DNA from: a virus
IMG/VR virus record: IMGVR_UViG_3300026139_000066
Strand: one strand, 5' to 3'
Length of the DNA: 36,706 nt
Shown piece after piece: positions 33,534 to 36,706 of this stretch. The notes below the pieces were generated by a model. That model saw only the letters and a list, made by a program, of their open reading frames with translations. It was not told the origin of the DNA and ran no database searches. The first letter of the stretch is position 1; the number at the start of each line of letters is the position of its first letter. The translations under genes and the position numbers were made by a program.

Positions 33534-34398
33534 AGAGCATCCCCCTCATTATGTTTGTAAAAACTTCGTTCGTATGATTTGTCCTGTTGTTGTACTTGAA
33601 TGCCGCCTCTGCAACGTACAGAGGCATATATTTCTTGGTATAGTGGTGATGCTGTCCAAGCCAAGCCCTTTTCAGGAGAGACCAAAACCCCTCTATTGTA
33701 TTGGTGTGAACGTTTCCGTTAACGTATTCCTTTTTGCCGTGGTTTACGACTCGATGAGAAAGCATTTTACCCACGTTGGAGTAAATCCTGTACTCATCCG
33801 TGTGTATCTCCGACTTGTCGATGTTCACGTTGTTCAGAATGAAATCTCTTATGTCGCCTTGATTCGCCTTTTGAACCGGCATAGCTACAACGGAACCCTT
33901 CCTTTGGACTATTCCTATAACCTGCTGCTTCTTGGTTCCCCTTCCTCTTTTGTTGTTGGGCTTGTTATAGCGAGGCTTGCCTCCGATATAGGTTTCGTCT
34001 ATTTCGATAATTCCGTCGAGTATGGGGGACTTCGATCCAAGCATGGCCTTTCTGAGCCTCTGGCTCACAGAATACGCCGTTTTTACCGGAATATCAAGGT
34101 GTCTGGCAAGCTGTCGGCTGGAGATGGATTTTTTCGCGTCGGATATGATCGAAATCGCTATGAACCATTTAACAAGGGGAAGTCTTGTCCCGTGGAAAAT
34201 AGTGTTTACAGTGGGGGAAAACGACTTTCTACATCCCGAACACTGCCATCTGGATCGCCTGTTTTTTTCAGTGTGACGGCTTACGTTTTTGGACTTGCAA
34301 TAGGGACAGTATTTCATTTTCGCCCATCTCAAGTTGGATATGTATTCCAAACAGTCTTCGTCCGACCTGAATCTTTCTATAACGCTTATTAGCCTCAT
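33526..34398 (-). CDS. IS1595-family (ISXO2-like) DDE transposase with an N-terminal zinc ribbon
   Basis: ATG at 34398 gives a 290-aa product. It contains ..CPYCKSKNVSRH...WQCSGCRKSFS.. followed by ..IEIDETYIGGK.. and ..IHTDEYRIY...HTNTIEGFWSLLKR.., which are typical of the family. Confidence 0.9.
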   Translation of the reverse strand: MRLISVIERFRSDEDCLEYISNLRWAKMKYCPYCKSKNVSRHTEKNRRSRWQCSGCRKSFSPTVNTIFHGTRLPLVKWFIAISIISDAKKSISSRQLARHLDIPVKTAYSVSQRLRKAMLGSKSPILDGIIEIDETYIGGKPRYNKPNNKRGRGTKKQQVIGIVQRKGSVVAMPVQKANQGDIRDFILNNVNIDKSEIHTDEYRIYSNVGKMLSHRVVNHGKKEYVNGNVHTNTIEGFWSLLKRAWLGQHHHYTKKYMPLYVAEAAFKYNNRTNHTNEVFTNIMRGMLYV

Positions 34399-34456
34399 TG
34401 TCCATTCCTCTTTGTTTTTTTGTGAGACCATAATAGCGCACGCACAAAGACGTGTC

Positions 34457-34479
34457 AAGCCCTAAAAGTGAACATTACC
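34457..34479. repeat. Transposon terminal inverted repeat (right): AAGCCCTAAAAGTGAACATTACC
   Basis: Reverse complement of 31476..31498. Confidence 0.9.
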
Positions 34480-34487
34480 AAATAAAA
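34480..34487. repeat. 8-bp target-site duplication AAATAAAA (right copy)
   Basis: Directly abuts the right IR and is identical to 31468..31475. Confidence 0.8.
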
Positions 34488-34854
34488 AGCCCGGCTCGCT
34501 CCTGCTGTGATCCCCGCCGCGCGATATGCGCTTTGAGACAGAATACGAACCGGGCGTTATTTGTTTTGTTCATTGGCGAAGATCACAAAAACAACCTACG
34601 CTTTTTTGCGTAGAATGTCAAGGGGGAATTTGCCCCGGCCTTTTGGTTCGTAGCCCTCCCCGCGTCCCAGAACGTCCCCCATTTTCGACGACCAGAAAAC
34701 AAAGATTTTTGAAGATTTTTTACCCGTTTATTATCAATAACTTACGGGGCATATTTAAGCGGATTGTATTATCGATCAGCGCTCGATCGCCGCTATGATC
34801 CGCATCGCCGTCCAGAAACATTTGGACGGTTTGGACGCGGCCGCGCAAGCCCCG

Positions 34855-35175
34855 CTAAAGCTCCACCGGCGGGAGGGAGCGGCGGGCCTTGGAGTCGTGC
34901 CAGCGCAAAAACAGCAGGCAGCAAACGGCGTGATCCAGGTGGCCCTCGCCCGTCTCCGGGTCCCGCTCCTCTCCGGCCTGCCAGGCCGCCAGGTGTCTCA
35001 TCATGGCCGCGTAATAGCGGCGGACACCTTCGGGGACGTGCTGCCAGTTATCGGGAGCGTATTTGGTCGCGCCGAACGTGAGCACCCGGACCGCGCCCGC
35101 GAGCGTGTCGAGCGGCAAGAGATCCCAGCGGGCCTTCTCATCGTCCCGCTTTTCTCCGACGTAGGCGACGGTCAT
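34855..35175 (-). CDS. dATP/dGTP diphosphohydrolase N-terminal-domain protein (MazG-associated family)
   Basis: ATG at 35175 overlaps the upstream stop (ATGA). The 106-aa product contains ..KARWDLLPLDTLAGAVRVLTFGATKYAPDNW.., which matches the family signature as I remember it. Confidence 0.6.
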   Translation of the reverse strand: MTVAYVGEKRDDEKARWDLLPLDTLAGAVRVLTFGATKYAPDNWQHVPEGVRRYYAAMMRHLAAWQAGEERDPETGEGHLDHAVCCLLFLRWHDSKARRSLPPVEL

Positions 35176-36173
35176 CGTTTGAACCTGTCCACCATCGCAC
35201 CGGCCAGGCTCTCGCCTTTCCAGATCGGGACGTGTACCCGCTGGAAGTTCCCGCTCTTGGCGATGAAGTCGATCGCGTAGCCTTGGCTCCAGGACGTCGG
35301 ATCGCTGTGCTTCCAAATGGGCTGCATCTGGGACAGGCAGCCGGGATTGAACGCCTTACAGATACCGATACCGGGGTAGACGATCGTCGCCGTGTCTTCC
35401 CGATGAGTGCAGAAGAACGTCACGTTCCCAGCAGTCTTCTGGACGGCATCCCGGGCGGCGTTTTTCGAATAGGCCAGGGAATGCGTGAAGAACATCTTCC
35501 CGAGCTGGAGCCAGCCGCGGGGCAAGCCGGCGCCGTAAATCTCCGTCCGCCGGTAGTAGGGAATCCCGCGCTCCTCGAGCCGGAGAAGGGCATAGGGAGA
35601 AAACGCGGCCCGGAGAAATTCCGCGTCCCGGCCGTGGGCCATCGTGGTATCAACACACCAGCGCTCTACCCGGTCCTCGTGATTGCCCTCGAGGTAGTGG
35701 ATTTCGGCATCCGGGGCTGCCTTCTGGAGCTCATCCAGGAACCACGCCGCGGCCAGGACATCCTCCTGGTAGGAATAATCGCAGGTGGCCACGAACCCGA
35801 TCGGCTGATGCTTGGCAAGCCAACCGCCGCATTCGATCAGATCTCCGCCTATCACCAGGACGTCGGGCTTGAAAATGCGGACATCCCGGAGCATGGCCTC
35901 GACGGCCGGCCGGTCCATCATCATTCCGTGAACGTCGCCGAAGGACATCCTGATCTGATCTGCCTTGCATCGCTTGGGGTCATGCGGCCGACACTTCGGG
36001 ACGGGGCGGGCGTTCCGCATGTCGTTGTACTCATCGAGGAGCTGCGCCCGGTCCGCCATGAGCGCCTTGATGGTCCGCTGGAAGTCGGCGATCTTGGACT
36101 GGGCATCGATGACCTTTTCCATCGCCGGGTCTGACGTGATGTGCTTTCCCTTGAGGTCGATTTTTGCGGTCAC
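35172..36173 (-). CDS. Calcineurin-like metallophosphoesterase
   Basis: 333 aa with motifs GDVHG, GGDLIE and LEGNHED in the canonical order. Confidence 0.8.
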   Translation of the reverse strand: MTAKIDLKGKHITSDPAMEKVIDAQSKIADFQRTIKALMADRAQLLDEYNDMRNARPVPKCRPHDPKRCKADQIRMSFGDVHGMMMDRPAVEAMLRDVRIFKPDVLVIGGDLIECGGWLAKHQPIGFVATCDYSYQEDVLAAAWFLDELQKAAPDAEIHYLEGNHEDRVERWCVDTTMAHGRDAEFLRAAFSPYALLRLEERGIPYYRRTEIYGAGLPRGWLQLGKMFFTHSLAYSKNAARDAVQKTAGNVTFFCTHREDTATIVYPGIGICKAFNPGCLSQMQPIWKHSDPTSWSQGYAIDFIAKSGNFQRVHVPIWKGESLAGAMVDRFKR

Positions 36174-36619
36174 AGCAAATCTCCTTTTGGCGTCTCGGGA
36201 TGGACAACGATCGGGACATATTCGCCGGGCGTGGCTTCGACGTAGGCCAGGGCCTTATGATTCTTGGCGTGGGTTTTCAGGGTCTCCTCGGACACGCCCC
36301 AGGCCCGGGCAAGGTCCGGGACGGGATATCCCATGCCGCGCTCGAGGCCGTAGAGTCGGCCCTTCATCAGGTCCACGGGCTTTTTGCTGAGCAGGTGGAC
36401 TCCGGCCAGTGGGATGGCCTTGACCTTGGGCGGATGCACTGACAGGGCAGCCGCCGGCGGGAGCGGCGCGAACGGTGATTCGTGCCGGGGCGGCAGCCCC
36501 TCCCCGCGCCTCACGGCCGCGACGTCGTCACGCCTGGCGCCGGTAGACTTGGCGACGCGGCGGTTCTCCCATTCCGGATGACGTTGCAAACACTTCTTTA
36601 TCCGATCTGGCAATTCCAT
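36170..36619 (-). CDS. Hypothetical protein with HTH-like segments
   Basis: 149 aa. ATG at 36619 follows AAGGAGG and lies 18 nt after the wrap-around ORF stop. Confidence 0.5.
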   Translation of the reverse strand: MELPDRIKKCLQRHPEWENRRVAKSTGARRDDVAAVRRGEGLPPRHESPFAPLPPAAALSVHPPKVKAIPLAGVHLLSKKPVDLMKGRLYGLERGMGYPVPDLARAWGVSEETLKTHAKNHKALAYVEATPGEYVPIVVHPETPKGDLL

Positions 36620-36637
36620 AGTGCCTCCTTCAATTTG

Positions 36638-36706
36638 TCAACCGGCCAGCGCCCGCTGTTCGGCCCAATCGGCCAGCCGGATGTCCTGCTGGCCCCAGGC
36701 GGGCTC
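36638..36706 (-). CDS. 3' end of the boundary-crossing 454-aa glycoside-hydrolase-like ORF
   Basis: The same frame continues ...EPAWGQQDIRLADWAEQRALAG then TGA (tca 36638..36640). Total is 1319+46 unique nt = 1365 nt = 455 codons. The next gene's GGAGG RBS follows. Confidence 0.7.
   Translation of the reverse strand, partial: EPAWGQQDIRLADWAEQRALAG
36684..36706. repeat. Terminal 23-nt direct repeat, copy 2 (identical to 1..23)
   Basis: Exact match to positions 1..23. Confidence 0.9.

Larger units (their letters stand above)
31476..34479 (-). mobile_element. 3,004-bp IS1595-family unit transposon carrying a type II R-M system plus Vsr
   Basis: It has perfect 23-bp terminal inverted repeats, flanking 8-bp direct repeats and an internal transposase gene. 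Hand-counted lines give about 37-45% GC against about 57-65% in the flanks. Confidence 0.85.

Noticed and set aside
33442-34392. 316-aa plus-strand ORF antisense to the transposase gene, surprisingly long for AT-rich DNA
   Set aside because: It has no recognisable motifs and no RBS context. It would be the only plus-strand gene in the genome, while the opposite strand encodes a textbook IS1595 transposase. Long antisense ORFs opposite transposase genes are a known artefact.
31468-34487. The 8-bp direct repeats as attL/attR of an integrated element or as a chance match in A/T-rich DNA
   Set aside because: No integrase is present. The repeats abut perfect 23-bp inverted repeats exactly, and their length matches the IS1595 family. 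A chance match of AAATAAAA in an A-rich context cannot be fully excluded, but the juxtaposition argues against it.
34645-34655. GGTTCGTAGCC resembling a tRNA T-loop (GGTTCGAATCC) in the AT-rich intergenic region
   Set aside because: The flanking bases cannot form a 5-bp T-stem, and I could not build an acceptor or anticodon arm on either strand.
35232-36134. 300-aa plus-strand ORF antisense to the metallophosphoesterase (similar cases: 11795..12523+, 22372..23172+, 27583..28263+, 28288..29058+)
   Set aside because: These are Arg/Gly/Pro-rich low-complexity translations, typical of antisense frames in high-GC genes. The minus-strand products carry clear family motifs.

Overview
The window is a complete, circularly closed dsDNA phage genome. 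The first 23 nt are identical to the last 23 nt, so the unique length is 36,683 bp. It is GC-rich: hand counts of sample 60-nt lines give roughly 57-65% GC. Every gene I can support lies on the minus strand, with tight packing and many ATGA/TAATG overlaps.

Reading 5'->3' on the minus strand (descending coordinates), the modules are:
- Early/accessory genes: an HTH-like protein, a metallophosphoesterase and a dATP/dGTP-diphosphohydrolase N-domain protein.
- An AT-rich intergenic region holding a 3,004-bp IS1595-family unit transposon. It carries transposase, C5 DNA methyltransferase, restriction endonuclease and Vsr, with perfect 23-bp inverted repeats and an 8-bp target-site duplication.
- A ParB-domain/amino-methyltransferase fusion.
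- A recombination and replication module: Cro-like HTH, SSB-like mini-protein, Sak4-like ATPase, Gp157-like protein, replisome organizer and a G39P-like loader.
- A lower-GC island of small Cys-rich ORFs.
- A membrane-anchored RlpA-like protein, RusA, a holin-like protein and an XRE regulator.
- Lysis genes: an M15 endolysin plus two membrane proteins.
- Packaging, head and tail genes: TerS-like, TerL, a portal-MuF fusion, HK97 protease and capsid, connectors, major tail protein, G/GT chaperone with a -1 slippery site, tape measure, a Dit-like protein and an FN3-rich fibre.
- A 454-aa glycoside-hydrolase-like ORF that crosses the window boundary and is therefore missing from the supplied ORF track.

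I found no integrase, tRNA, rRNA or CRISPR array. The most interesting item is the R-M-Vsr cargo transposon inside the phage. All functional calls come from motif recognition by eye and memory of protein families. No database search was run.
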